Shown: positions 40,116 to 53,292 of the stretch, in pieces
How the letters are laid out: every line of letters starts with the position of its first letter
Numbering within the stretch: the first letter of the stretch is position 1
Assembly: GCA_025201805.1 (NCBI GenBank)
Contig: MU619255.1
Span: 175,034-238,462, forward strand
Reading direction: 5' to 3'
Length of the DNA: 63,429 nucleotides
Source of the DNA: Parasitella parasitica NRRL 2501
Taxonomy: Eukaryota > Fungi > Mucoromycota
Notes under the pieces: generated by a model
Databases searched by the model: none
Seen by the model: the letters and a program-made list of their open reading frames with translations, nothing else
Told to the model about the DNA's origin: nothing
Made by a program: the position numbers and the translations under genes

Positions 40116-43100
40116 ATGGCAGACTCTAATCCTTTCGGTGCGTTGAAGGAAGACGAAGATACTTATGAGACATTTCAGCAAGGAGAGCAAAAAGATGCGA
40201 CTGTAAAGAATTCAATCCTTATGAAATGATTAAACAAAGCTAATTTTTTTCTCTTCTACCCACTACATGAAATAGTTTTTCCTTGTCAAAAGCCTGGTAA
40301 CAGATGCCAAGCTAAACCTTCCAGATGCACAAGCTGTACAAACCGAGGATCACCTTTCACTGCTAGAATGCTCAAGCAAATACGGCTATTTTGTAGCTGC
40401 AACCGCAAAAGGTAAATCACATATATGAGAATGTGTCATGTGCAGGGTATCTAGAACATTGACTGTCAACGTTTTGCATTAGGCTTTTGTCTTGGAAAGA
40501 CTGAAAAGCTGAGAAAAACAGTTTATGCGACAGGAAAAGGTGAAGCTGCTCTATTTGAAGAGTTGATTCAAGTCGAGGTCAAGCAGGGGAAAATCCATCA
40601 CATCAATTTATCAGCAGATCAACTCGAGTTGTTCGTTAGTGTGGCGAGTGGAACTCTTTTGACATACAGTGTTCGAGATATTGTACAGCAGGTAGTGTAT
40701 TCATATATTAGTCATTTTCATGGTATGGAAATGCTTATTTTTTTTTTTTTTTTTTGTTGCGTACAGAAGGAATCTGCTTCACCATTACAGACTTATAGCG
40801 TGGGTTGTGAAATCATCAACCTTCATCCTAACCCCGAGGCTTATCCTGATATCATCGCTATCCAAACCAAGAAAAACCAATGCGAACTGATCCAAAACAA
40901 CGGCGTAATCGCAACCATAGATGATGTGCATAGCATATGCTGGTCCCGCAAAGGGAAGCAAATTGCATGTGGTTCCTCGGACGGATCCATCAATACTTAT
41001 AATCTGGAGGGTAAACTTGTGGTCGAAATCAAGCCTCCTGCTGCTTTCCAAGGCGACGAAGAATCACGCCGAGTTGGTAAGTAATGTAAATAAGTTGAAG
41101 AACGCATGATTAATGCTGCAATTACCCAGTGGAGAGCATTGTTTGGCTCGAGAATAAGCTATTTTTCGCCATCTACACTCCAACAGTGAAAGATAGCGAC
41201 CAAGTACATTCAGCATACATTGTAGACAGCAGCAAAACCACAGAAGACGAAAGATTTGTATTGATGGACGAAGTGCTCACTTTATTGGCCTTAGAACATC
41301 CAAGTGCTTATTTCTACTCAGTTGTTGTGCGCAATATTGGACCGGAAGCAAAGACCGTTATCATTTTAGCGAACTCTGCGGCGAATGAGTTGAATGTGGT
41401 TGGCCAAGATGATGACGGTAGATGGGCCACTTGGATGTTGGACACCACACCGAGTCTACCGCTCAATAGTGATGAGACAGATGACACATATCCTGTTGGG
41501 TTGACCGTGGACTACTCTGCTTCGGAACCACTACCACCATTTGATGTCGCTGAAAGTGAGACACCTGTACCACCAATGCCTGTTCTTTATGTCATGAATA
41601 ACGAAGGTTTCTTACTTTGTTTTCATCTGTACAATGCTAATCTGGCAAAATCTGGTATCAAATTTGAAGACATGGTAGAGGCTCAAGACCTTGATACAAT
41701 CCCTTCGCCTCAAAAACCTGCAATAACTGCATCAGAAAGTAAAATTCCAACTGCTATACCTAGTGCATTTGGTGCCAACAGCCCCAGTCCTATAACTGGT
41801 TCAACTGGATTTGGATTCATAAGTGATGCTTCGCCAAAGAAGTTTGCTTCATTGGCTAAATCAACTTTCGTTGAGACTTCGAAACTACCACAACCTGTCT
41901 CAACTTTTGGGAGTCCAAGTACATTTGGACAGTCTTCCGGATTTGGTCAGCCTGCGTTTGGGTCTACTTCTTTTGGATCTGCAGCTCCTGTCATGAGCAG
42001 CCCTCTTTCCTTTGGAGGGTTCAAAAACGTGGCAACAACAGCACCCAACCCAAGCTCCACGGATACATATAGACCATTTGGTGAGCCTTCATTTGCTCCT
42101 TCAAGACTGGGACTTGACACTGAGCCTACGTCTGCATCTACTCCAAAACTGCCACCATCTAGCGATGAGCAACCTTCGTCATCTACCAAACCCCATACAT
42201 CCGCATTTGGCCAAAATCTTTTTGGCGCTACTTCGTTTACATCCACAAGTGAACCTTCCACAGCGGAAGACGAAAATACAAAAAATCAAGAGTCAGTGAG
42301 CGATGCGATGACAGCGAAATCCTCTGGTGTAGTAAATGATGATAAACCCCTAGACAGCGTCCCAACTTCAAAGGAAAAATCCACTAGTGATGTGTCAAAT
42401 GAGCAAGAGCCCACTCCTCGAACAGTATCTGAAGGGGATCAAGATGCTGGATGTAGTATGTCATTTGAACAAGTAAAAATATCGCTGGAAGATGATGACG
42501 TTGATGTACGTAGTGGTGATAGCGACTTTTCCAAGACTGAAAGTAACCAGGAGGACAAGGAAGTAGATGATAATAGCATCAATTCAGAAGACGATTATTT
42601 CGACCGAGAGAATCAGACCAGCTCTGAACAGGAAAGCGGCGACGAAGAAGATCAATTGGCTGCCCAAGCTAAACTCAAGTTGAAGCAAGAACATAAAGCT
42701 GAAAAGGAACGTAATGAAAACGAAAAGAGATTAGAAGAAGTGGCGAGATTAAAACAAAAACGAGCCGCCAGTGAAAAAAGATTAGCAGAGGAACAGCACT
42801 TGGCTGATGAAAGACGAATCGCAAAGGACACACATGCTGCTGAGGTCAAGCGATTGGAAGACGAAGCTGAGCGATTAGAACAGGAAGCCAAGAGACTAGA
42901 AGACGAACGCATTGCAGAAATAAAGAGAATGGAGGAAGAACGAGTTGCTGAGGAAAAACGCTTGGAAGCAAAAAGAGTGGCAGCTATCAAACCAGACCTC
43001 CATTTTACGCTTGTGCCCAAAAATGACGATTATGTTGAACCACATGTGAGATCCAAAGGTCTTGCACCCATGGCTGCAGAATTTGAAGAGATTTACTTTA

Positions 43101-43873
43101 GTACACTGGAAGAGATGGAGTCAGTAAGTGATCTATGGCTGTGTATATCTGTACAAACAGAAAGATTTGAGCATTAACGGTAAACATCGCACTAGACTAC
43201 GAGATTTTTAGGACATATGGAGAATGAGCTCTCTGCTAGAAACAAGGATATCTTTAATCCAGCTCGTACCGATACTTTTGATAATTTTAAATATGCTTGG
43301 AAAATCGCGGATGCAGAAGCAATCTCTTACATCGTTGATGATTTAAACATGGAGTCTAAATCAGCAAAGTTGGCCGCACAATATAACCAGGAGCGAACTA
43401 TTGGGCTTCTTGATGATACTGAAACATGTAAGCAAACCAAATATGAGCAAAAACTCTCCAGTGCACTGAACCCCTTTAGTGAAAGATGACAAAGATGTCA
43501 TAGGAGAATACCTGGACGCAAATGAATTTGACAAACCGTTGGAAGGTGTAGCTCTTACCAATGAACTAGAGACCAAAGAAAGCTATCTACAGGCAAAGAG
43601 GCCTGATATTGATGCTTTGTTTGAGAAAATAGACTCCAAATTAGCTCAATTGAAGGAGCAATCCACAGAGCAACTCCCCACCAAGTACAGGTAAATTGCG
43701 GTTTTTTTTTTATGTGTTCTTAGATCTAATTCTTTTATTTCTTCAGTAAAATGAAAAGATTCGAGTTGGAAAAGATTGTGCGTGATATTCGAAGAGATAT
43801 CAATACATATGACGATAAAGTATATCGATTATCAACCAAAGAGCTGGATCTTCGACGCAAAATCAAAGATTGA
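40116..43873 (+). CDS. NUP159: Nucleoporin Nup159/Nup214-like (beta-propeller, FG region, acidic/charged linker, coiled coil); multi-exon
   Basis: N-terminus LLECSSKYGYFVAAT, ICWSRKGKQIACG, DTYPVGLTVDYS...PPMPVLYVMNNEGFLLCFH, which fits the Nup214 propeller. FG cluster STFGSPSTFGQSSGFGQPAFGSTSFG. Coiled-coil C-terminus ends at TGA 43871-43873. Confidence 0.85.
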
Positions 43874-44046
43874 ATCATTATGTAGCATACCAAATAAACT
43901 CGATAGCATCTTTTACATGAATGTGACTCTATCCCCAACATTTTAACAATAGTTTCCCAAAAAATGGCTTCCTCACATTTGTATTAATTTCTTTGCCAAA
44001 ACAAAAAAAAAAAAAAAAAAAAAAAAAAATCACAAATAGTATAGAT

Positions 44047-44609
44047 ATGTCTGCACTCAATACAATCTTTGCTGCTGTAAGTTTATAGTGTAATTTGAAA
44101 TTGAGCATTACGAAACTGATACGGCTTCCAAAAAAGCATGGCATTCTTCATGCAGCCATTGCTCTTCAACTCTTGTTGCTTCCCCATGCAACTACATTCA
44201 TCATTCCTCATGAATTAGATTTGACTCAAGTTTTATTGCTACGTTTCTATGGCGCTGGTGTTGCGTGCATTGCCATCATTAGTTTATTGTGCCGTGATAT
44301 GCCAAACATGCTGCCTTGCAAGCGCGGTGCAGGTATTTCTATTTTATGTTCAGAAAAGAGAGATGTCAAGATCAAACTAACATCTTCGTTGTTTTAGCTG
44401 CTGGCTTCCTGTTCTATCACATGATCATGACCTTGGTGATATTCCAGTCTCGTAACGATGGGCCTCTCCCTGTAGAAACCAGTTGGGGCATATCTGCATT
44501 TCATGGAATTCAAGCTTTCATTTTATATGCTTGGTACACTGCTACAGCTGGTCAAGTTAAAGCATTTTTGAAGCAGGGTAATGAAGCCAATAAGCAAAAG
44601 AACCATTAG
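44047..44609 (+). CDS. Small four-transmembrane hypothetical protein (3 exons)
   Basis: MSALNTIFAA|HGILHAAIALQLLLLP...LLLRFYGAGVACIAIISLL...KRGA|AAGFLFYHMIMTLVIF...AFHGIQAFILYAWY. Four hydrophobic segments and clean GT-AG joins. Confidence 0.75.
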
Positions 44610-45028
44610 ATGTGTATAGATTACTCAAAATCAACTGTACATTCCCACATCAATAAATCAAACACTGTTTCTATTAATGCAAAAAGTTTTTTAACCAAGC
44701 ATATTTGCAAATGATATTATTTATCAATTGCCTTTTTTTTTGTCATATATATACTACAATTTGAAACTATTTCCTGGAAACCCACAGGGGACGCCATAGT
44801 TACTAACGGGTAGAACCAGTAAACATGTGAGTACATTTATCATAGTGCAAACCATTTGGCCCAGCGCAATGTGCAGTGTCATGCGTCCCGGACAACGAGT
44901 GCTGTGGCAGGCATTTCATTCTCCGCGACAAGCTCACTCAGGTTGACACTGGTGGTCATTGAAACCAGATGAAATGACAGGCAAGCAAATGAATCCTCCT
45001 TTCCGTGCACACACGCCTTGATACAACA

Positions 45029-45712
45029 ATGAAGTTCAGTGCTGGTATGACCAATACACAAAGAAAAATTAAATGAGAAAGGAAGAAAGAGATGATTGAT
45101 ATGTGAATTGGATGGATTGAAATTTTACGAATGGATGGATGGATACGGCAAAATCGAGACTGAAAACTAGCATTTTATATTTAACTATCATCCAAAGCCA
45201 ACTATTCACATACATTCATTCACCTTTCTTTCTTTTCTCTCAAAATCAACAGCAACGTAACTGACATTTGCGCTTGTTCTAGATGTTAGCTCCTCTCGCA
45301 GAAAGAGCAGAAAGGCTCACTTCGCTGCCACCTCTGATGTTCGTCGTAAAATCATGAGTGCTCCTTTGTCCAAGGAACTCCGTGAGAAACACAGCGTTCG
45401 TTCTATCCCTGTCCGTAAAGATGACGAGGTTATGGTTGTTCGTGGTACCTACAAGGGTCGTGAGGGCAAAATTGTCCAAGTTTACCGTAAAAAATGGGTT
45501 ATCCACATTGACCGTGTCTCTCGCGAAAAGGTTAATGGCGCTACAGCTCCTATCGGTATCTCCCCTTCTAAGGTCGTTGTTACTAAACTCAAGCTGGACA
45601 AGTCTCGTCTTGCTATCCTTGAACGTAAGGGCAAGAAAGACGCCATGAAGCAAGTAAGTTTGATATAACGCAAAGTAATGTTCAATCGTATTAAGAGTGC
45701 ACTCCATAGTAA
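45029..45712 (+). CDS. RPL26: 60S ribosomal protein L26 (uL24); 3 exons predicted
   Basis: MKFSA|[14 protein letters not shown]...[47 protein letters not shown]. Intron 1 is 45045-45282. Likely intron 2 is 45654-45709, followed directly by TAA. Confidence 0.95.
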
Positions 45713-47040
45713 AAAAAAAAAATCTTCTCTTGGGAACATACTTGAATGCTGACCTTTTTATTTTGAAATAAAAGAGGAGTTTATCTGTTTTTTGCAAGAT
45801 GTATATGATTTTTACGTCGAACACAGGAATGAGCCCATAGATCTTGTTGGCAAAAAAGTTATTTGCTATTGAAACAATAAGTTCTCGTACTTGATTTCTA
45901 TTGAATAAACCTCCAGAGAGAGAGCGTGAATTTCTGTTGTGCTTCCAGTCGCAGACGAAGGAACAATGAGTATGTCGACATGGAGTAATGTGGCAAGCAA
46001 TGCTATACAGTTTGCTCAGATGACGAAAAAAGCAGATTTTCTTTTCATATGCATTTTCAGTTAATGCTTGAGCGCTTTAGCTGCTGCGAGACAACCGGGT
46101 ATTCGTGGCAGAGATGAGCCAAACGGCATTACAAGATTACGAAAATAAGAAAACTCGGTCGACATTGAATCCTAGGGGGAAAATATAAAAGTGTTGATTT
46201 AAATTGCATTGACAAGAATCCTTCTGATGGAAATTTTGAAGCAGAACTTGTAGCACTGTTTACAACTACATAATAATCCAATGTCGTTTATTTACTAAAC
46301 AAGCACGATTCCTGCCTATCGAACGCGACATTAAAGAAGAAATTCTGCAAAAGTATGATAGGAGTTATGGCTTGGCCAAAGAAGGGCTCTCCTGTAATAG
46401 CTACGGTGCCTTCACCTGAAGCGAATGCAATATCCGCAATTGGGTTCCAAAACGCATTAAAAGATAAAGCTTGGGAGTGTACAGTAACTATAGCTAGAAA
46501 CAATGACAGGACATAATCTGAACAATTTGAAGGCGACGCTTGATGTGATGGACAAATATCGGGAAAATGAAGGGACATTATAGAAGCACAAATCGTTTTT
46601 AAATGTAGAGAAAAGGAAATCATAAATACAGCACAACAGGTAGAGATGATACACAAATTCAAGACGGTCAACAATTAAGAAAAAAAACACATAAAGAGAC
46701 TACCGGTACAGACGAACAGGACAAGCGGGGAAGTTTGACGACAATCATCTCTGTACATCCAAACCAAACATTTCCATTAGTTTGACCTCAACATTTTCGC
46801 TGATCTTTTGGCTGGTTGTTGACGGACAGTTGGGCATTCGTACTGATGGTGGAGGATAGCAATGTTGCAATATATCTTAGGGGTTCTTTGTTTCACACGT
46901 TTTTAACTATGCCAGGAATGCCACAATGGTTGGAGCTTCTGGATAGAGACATTATCCTTACACGAAACTGTACAGAGGAGTAGAGAAGTTTGGTGGTATA
47001 CAATGCGGACTTGATTCACACTCAAATGGCTGCTTTTTGC

Positions 47041-48105
47041 TGTAGATTACTCTGGATAAATACATTGGAATCAAAAAAAATATAGAAACCAGAGGTTAAC
47101 GAGATACAAAAACTTTATGATACTTTATTTAAGATCAAAATTGCATCTGCTATTTATACTTTTACAACTACATCAATTTATGGTGACTCATTTAGATTTC
47201 TATTTATTGACAAGACTAATTCCCAGTAACCCGTATCACAATAAATCATTGGAGAATCTTTAATCTTCACCTGAAGTATAAACATTACCGTGATCACTTT
47301 TACATATGATATGATGACATTAATCATTGCATACAATCACGGATAGGCTATTATAAAAAGCAAATCAAAGCCTGTCTTATGCGCCATCTACACGTCAGGC
47401 ATGATCATCGCTATCTGAGCATAAATTGATTTCCCTTGGGCGACCTGTCTGTCAAAAAATATCTGCAAAAATAGTTTTGTTTTTCAATATTTATCATCAA
47501 TATCACATATTTGCTCATAACTTCTGCTAAAATGACAGTAGAACCGAGATCTAACTTGGAAAACTTAGCATTGACTTTGGCAATATCTAGCAGCAACATT
47601 GACATTTATGTTTTTATTGATATCTATAAAATTATCATATGATATCACAAATTTACATATCAGAATTGCATATAATTGATGATAGCGTCAAAGGGCGCAG
47701 CGTAATGTTATGTAAATGTTGTTAGTATAAAGTAATAAAGACTTTTCTGAATAAAACCAGATACAAAACTGAAGACTTTTATTGACATAAGATATGATCT
47801 CTATTTATACTAAAATATATCCCAATCAATGTTTATCCACATAACATCTGATGTTTGACAAGAAGTGTCAAACCTTATTAAATCACAGCATTTCCAGGAC
47901 AGATAGACCTATTCTTCTATTGTATATTAATGAGAAGATTGGGTAGGATGTCTTCCCGACATCCCGCGATCTGATCTTAATGCCTTCTTTGAATAAGCTT
48001 GAAACCTTGCAATAGGTCCAATTACAACTTGTAGCTTATTCCTTAAAGAATTAGCAACAATTAATATCACGATCCGTACATTCTAACCAACTTAGATATG
48101 TGACA
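47041..48105 (-). mobile_element. Two possible decayed solo-LTR-like segments (about 47041-47319 and 47706-48105)
   Basis: Two related blocks (agatacaaaa...acttt(t)att...ctatttatact at about 47101-47160 and 47759-47811) read TATAAATAG then AATAAA on the minus strand. Each lies in a segment bounded by TGT...TGACA. No target-site duplication found. Confidence 0.35.
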
Positions 48106-48989
48106 TATATGTAGCCTTTATATGGATACAAGACTGTTGCTTCAGCCAAGATATGGGTGGCTCTGGACCTACCAAGATCATTGTTCAGCACCCGGATTTT
48201 TGATACCACTATACAGCCACTGAGCTTTCTATTTGAAAATCTTGATATGATATTGCACAGCCTCTATGATGTGTCTTTCAAGCAGCAATAAAAACTAGAG
48301 TATCACAAATCTTGAATCCCGAATCTCACTTCTGAAATTATACTTGGAACCACTGGTATGATTTATCCATCATTTATTGTTTTTCTCATTTGAAGGCGGT
48401 ATACCATTGATAGAAGATAGTTGGACGAGCCTGTCACAGAGTAAGAATGATTAGACGACACGCACAGAAGCGATGCATCAGAAAACGGTAAAGTATAGGA
48501 GCGCCACATACGATGAGAATGCGCAAGAAATTTATGCTCCTCAAAGTACTTGCCTGTAAACAAACAAACTAGCAAGTAATCAAACACCTTCATACATTAA
48601 TTCATCCCATACCTGCATACATTTACAAACTCTCTTTTTTTTTTTTTTATTTGTTTATTTATATACAACTGTCCCATGTGTAATTAATAAACTTAACTGA
48701 TATACATACGTTATTCTTGGATCTGCTGGGTTTGCCATTGTGCACTATGATAAAGGTTGATAATTGTCATTAGAAGCAGAGATGAATTTAATGCGTTAGC
48801 CTCGGATTGTTTGCACCAGTTTAGTCTGGAAACATTGTAAGCTGAACGAACAAAAATCGAATATTACGTATACATACACTCACTGTCTGTATATTTTGAC
48901 TTCAAAATATTGGATGAAAATGCAATCAAGAAAAGACTATAACACAATTTCCTTTATTCAACAAGTGCCTAGGTATGATAATACCATTG

Positions 48990-50943
48990 TTATCGACGGC
49001 CAAAGGAGGATAATACTGTAGAGCGCATACGATTCCAACGAGAGTCGGGAGGCGTTGGTGGCTCAACAACCGGTATATTAACAGATATCATTTGCTCTGG
49101 GGTATTATTAGTCATACGAGCAGGTAGTTCGATCACATTTTCTCGGTTTGCAGCCGCTGCTTGTTGTGCAGCCTCATGAATTTGGCGTCGCATATTCCGC
49201 GGTAAGCTTCTTGCCATCCAGGACCTACTAAATTCTTCGGCTTGGTCAGCGCTAATAGTAGGACCAAAAGCACTGGACGGAGATCTGTTATGGCTAGATC
49301 TTAATGACGAAAAAAACGAATGATAGGACGGAGGTGGAGGAGATGGTGTAGGCTGAGGTGTGCCTCGGCTATGATCTATAGTTGAGGCTGATCGATTTCC
49401 TTCCTCCACTTCCTCCAATTCCTCCGCTTCGGATTTTGGCAAATCCAAGGCACAATCATGTTTGCATAATGGGCAAGATGCAGATTTTATGGTCAGCCAA
49501 GGATCTATTTGGAGACTGCGTGAATACCAGTAAAGGGATGTACTCCTTTTTATGTCATTTACCTATACATTCGCAGTGGTACTCGTGACCACATGGCAAT
49601 TTACGAAGTTGGTCTCCCAATGCAAATTCATCCAAACAAATTACACAAGCATCGTCAAATTCACCACTTGTCGCAGCAGAGGCAGCAGTGTCATTGGATG
49701 CATTTGATACGACTATAGACGATAGTAGTAATTCAGCATTCTCCAATGCTTTTGTCGACCGAGTGGACTCAACACGAGATAACTCCAAGTTCGGCTCATC
49801 TCCAATAATTCGGGTAGGAAATACGGATAGCGATGCAGGATCGATTGTTCTTTTTTGGGCTTGCTGTATATTGCCAGTTTCCAATAGGCCACTTTCAAAT
49901 AGTGCACGCTGACGACGTCTTATACGCCAAAGATGCCAGTGCATACCAACTAGGTGAAATATCGTCATATTGTGCAAAGTTTAGTAAGAGAAAGAGAGAT
50001 AAGTTGGGATGATGGAAAGCGATGGAGGGTTAGCAAAAAGAGAGTTACTAAATTTAGTGTTTCGGGTCATCAATCAACAACATACCGGACGCTAGAAAGC
50101 TAATTGCCAGCAATGCAACCACTATGATCAGAGTAAATTCCCAAGCACTAGGAAAGCCACCCACAGCAGGGTGCATCACAAGATTTATAGCTGTTTGAAA
50201 AGTAGTTGAATTGTCAAATGTTGTATTGATAGGTTGCGATGATGTGTATTCCAACAAGCTGAGCAATTCCAATCCAATATTCAAATCCACATAGTACATG
50301 GTGATGGTGAGGTTTCCTTTTATGATTTTCTATGGCCAAGGAGTCAGGGTAAGGTCATCTTTGATCGAGTAATGGTTTTACCATGGATCCCGATGTATCG
50401 TCATCTCTAAACGGGATATCATCATATATAATAACGCCTTTTGCACCATCTAATTCAGAATAATATACTTTGTCATAGAAATTACATCCACCACCTTTTT
50501 TAACCAGTGCAATTTTACTAGGTAGGAACGAAACAGAGGGCGGCCTTACATTAAATGAAGCGTTTAATTGGCAAGAATAGCCTCTGTCATATAAGGTTCC
50601 CTAAAATACATGCACTTGTTAGCACAAAGATATGAGCTGGTTTTACATTCGTACCTCGAGCCCTGAGGCAGCAGGGGCGGTAAGGTTTTCAAATGGCACA
50701 ATTCCAGACTTGTAGTCTTTTTGATGAAGCACTGTATTTTGTAGATCCATGACTGAACCATTGGAATATATCAAAACTGGATCTACAGTGGGGAATTGTA
50801 TTTTACTAAAGGATTATCTAAACAACGAATGTTTTGTTTCATTTTGAATGATTACTTGACGATATGTAGACATCACTTGAAGAGAATAAACTAGCAGAGA
50901 CTATATTACATAATGAGACTACTATAACTAATACTGTCTTCAT
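48990..50943 (-). CDS. PA-TM-RING E3 ubiquitin ligase (RNF13/GRAIL-like architecture); multi-exon
   Basis: Signal peptide MKTVLVIVVSLCNIVSA; PA domain KIALVKKGGGCNFYDKVYYSELDGAKGVIIYD; TM WEFTLIIVVALLAISFLAS; RING-H2 CVICLDEF..LRKLPCGHEYHCECI|DPWLTIKSASCPLCK. Confidence 0.88.
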
Positions 50944-51411
50944 TTGTTATTGTATTGCAAGGAAGTGAAATATACAGGGAGAACAAAAAAAGAAAAAAAA
51001 AAAAAAAAAATCAAGAAAGCAATCAAGCGGAGAGGTGGTGCCTGTGCAATCAACCTACATGCAAACACCACAATGGTCCGGTAAATATATATTATATATG
51101 GTCTCGGGGAGTACAACATTCAAATGGTCCTATAATGTGTGTCCAGCTTCTGTCAACATGCAACAATGATAAATCATGACAATTATTTACAAGTGATATT
51201 AACCGGATTCAAGTTGCATCGTCTGTGGTGCTTAAATAATCATGTTAGAAAAATATGTTTGGCAGCCTTCAAGAAATGCACCAATCAAAGTAGATATACG
51301 GATCAAAAGAACCGTTGTCCATATGAACATGTGTATTCCAAAGCTACTAAACGAGAGCTTGGGGTTTTTATTAATGTATGATGTTTACTTTTTTTTTTTT
51401 TTTTTTTTTTT

Positions 51412-53292
51412 TTAATCTTTCCCTTCGGGGTTCAACCTCCACATCTTTTTGGGATACTTTTCTAATCTCTTGACAATTGGTTTGATATAAGCCAACAGCA
51501 TGAGCAGCCCCAACACAACACATAGTGTACCTACAATAAAGTAGCCATCTCTTTCTAGTTGGCATGTGCCACTAGCCTGTTTACACCATTCTTTACTGGT
51601 TTCAACAGAACACGAAAGATACTCCCCTGATTCATTCGGCACAGAACATGTATTCACTGTATAATAGTCCACAGCTTCCAATACGAAAAACTTTGGCCAG
51701 GTACCACCAAAATTGCTAAATGTGTTTAGAAGCTTCACCACATTTAGTTCTTCAGTACCACATCCAAAAAATGTATTTCCAATCTTACCGTCATATAAGT
51801 GCCGCCAATGATGGGATCAGCAATACTTGTCATAAAGGCCGAAATACTGACAAATTGAACAGTTGACATGAAGGAGCTCAACACAGTAGAGAGCATGATC
51901 ATACCAAAGTAAAACGCACCGACAGGTTGGTCTTGAGGATATCCTGCAACAATCAACATGCCTAATGCCGAGCACGCCAAACGTCCATAAAATGCATACA
52001 ACCAAGGTTTCAAAGGACGAGGCCCATTGGACCATTTTGCAGCATAATAACCGAAAAATATCTGCAAAGGGAAGTCCAACAAGACTGATAATGCCAAATC
52101 CTCTCTTGAAAATCCTTTTTCCAGCAATTTGAGCGATGTTACAGCCTCATGACAGATGAATCCAATCTTGGATACCAGCAGAACACCCACATAAGAGCGC
52201 ATGTCTAGTAATACGTCAGTATGAAATGTAGTACGTATGTGGCCTTGACTTACGTGGTAATTTGCAAATCTTCCAGATGGTTGAATATACTCCTCGGATC
52301 CCCAGCTGAGCTTCCTCGTCCTTGACATCAGTTTCGTTCTTGCAAAAGACTAGATAAGCAGTTACTACCATGTACATGATGGACCAAAATCGCATATAGG
52401 ACCCCAACTGTAAGACACCCAGCTCTTGAGGTACGCTACGCAGGTATTTGTTGCTGAATTCTGATGAATTAAAGCTTAAAAACACGGTGAAGGACAAGAA
52501 ATAACCACAGTTGAGGCCAATTGTTTGTGCTGTAGATGCGTAAGACAGCGACTCTTTGGATAGAAGAGTCAGTGCCCAGCCATCAACAGCGATATCTTGT
52601 GTGGCGCAAAAGAAGATGGTAGTCAGAAACGAGTAGGTCAATGCATAAATAGGGACGTGATCAGCATTCATCATGGCGTCGATGTTGTTGCCGAGGACAT
52701 AAAACAAGATGCCTGTAAGGATTTGAATTGGTACGATCCAGGATTTACGACGTCCAAGTTTAGGCGTATAAACTGCGTCCACAATAGGCGACCATAGCAG
52801 TTTGAGTGAATAGGGCCATGAAGAGAGTGAGAAAATGGCGATCTGGGAATACGATAGTTTTGCCTTGAGTAAAAACGGGATCGACCCAAAGCAGAGGCCG
52901 ATGGGGATGCCCTGTAATAAATCTACAGAACGATGGTCAAAGGGAGAACGGAAACCCCGTAGCAACGAAAAAAAAAAAAACTTACATAATATTACGAGCA
53001 GGGCAAAGTTGCCATAATCTCTTTTATTCAACGTTTGCACTTGTTCTACCGGGAGTTCATCCTTATTGTCGTCTTTAATGAAAGAGTCCAATTCCAGCTC
53101 TTCCAAATCATCGTGAGCAGCGGGTTTCTTGTTGGACGTACGCAAAGTTGTGCTTGTCGTTTGGTGATCCATATGAAAAGATGCTGTCCTTTTTTTCAAT
53201 TCGGTGCTCTCTTTATTTATACGGAAATCACTACAAGTTGGCGCTATAGGTTCGTCGTCTAGAGAAGAAAATATATAAGCAGCTGTTGGCAT
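51412..53292 (-). CDS. SLC33A1: Acetyl-CoA transporter 1 (AT-1/Acatn family, MFS); multi-exon
   Basis: YLLQGIPIGL, SWPYSLKLLWSPIVD, GRRKSWIVPIQ, ATQDIAVDGWALTLL, DPIIGGTYMT|LLNTFSNFGGTWP. Confidence 0.92.

Noticed and set aside
45279-45824. 181-aa minus-strand ORF
   Set aside because: Antisense to RPL26; expected from strong codon bias.
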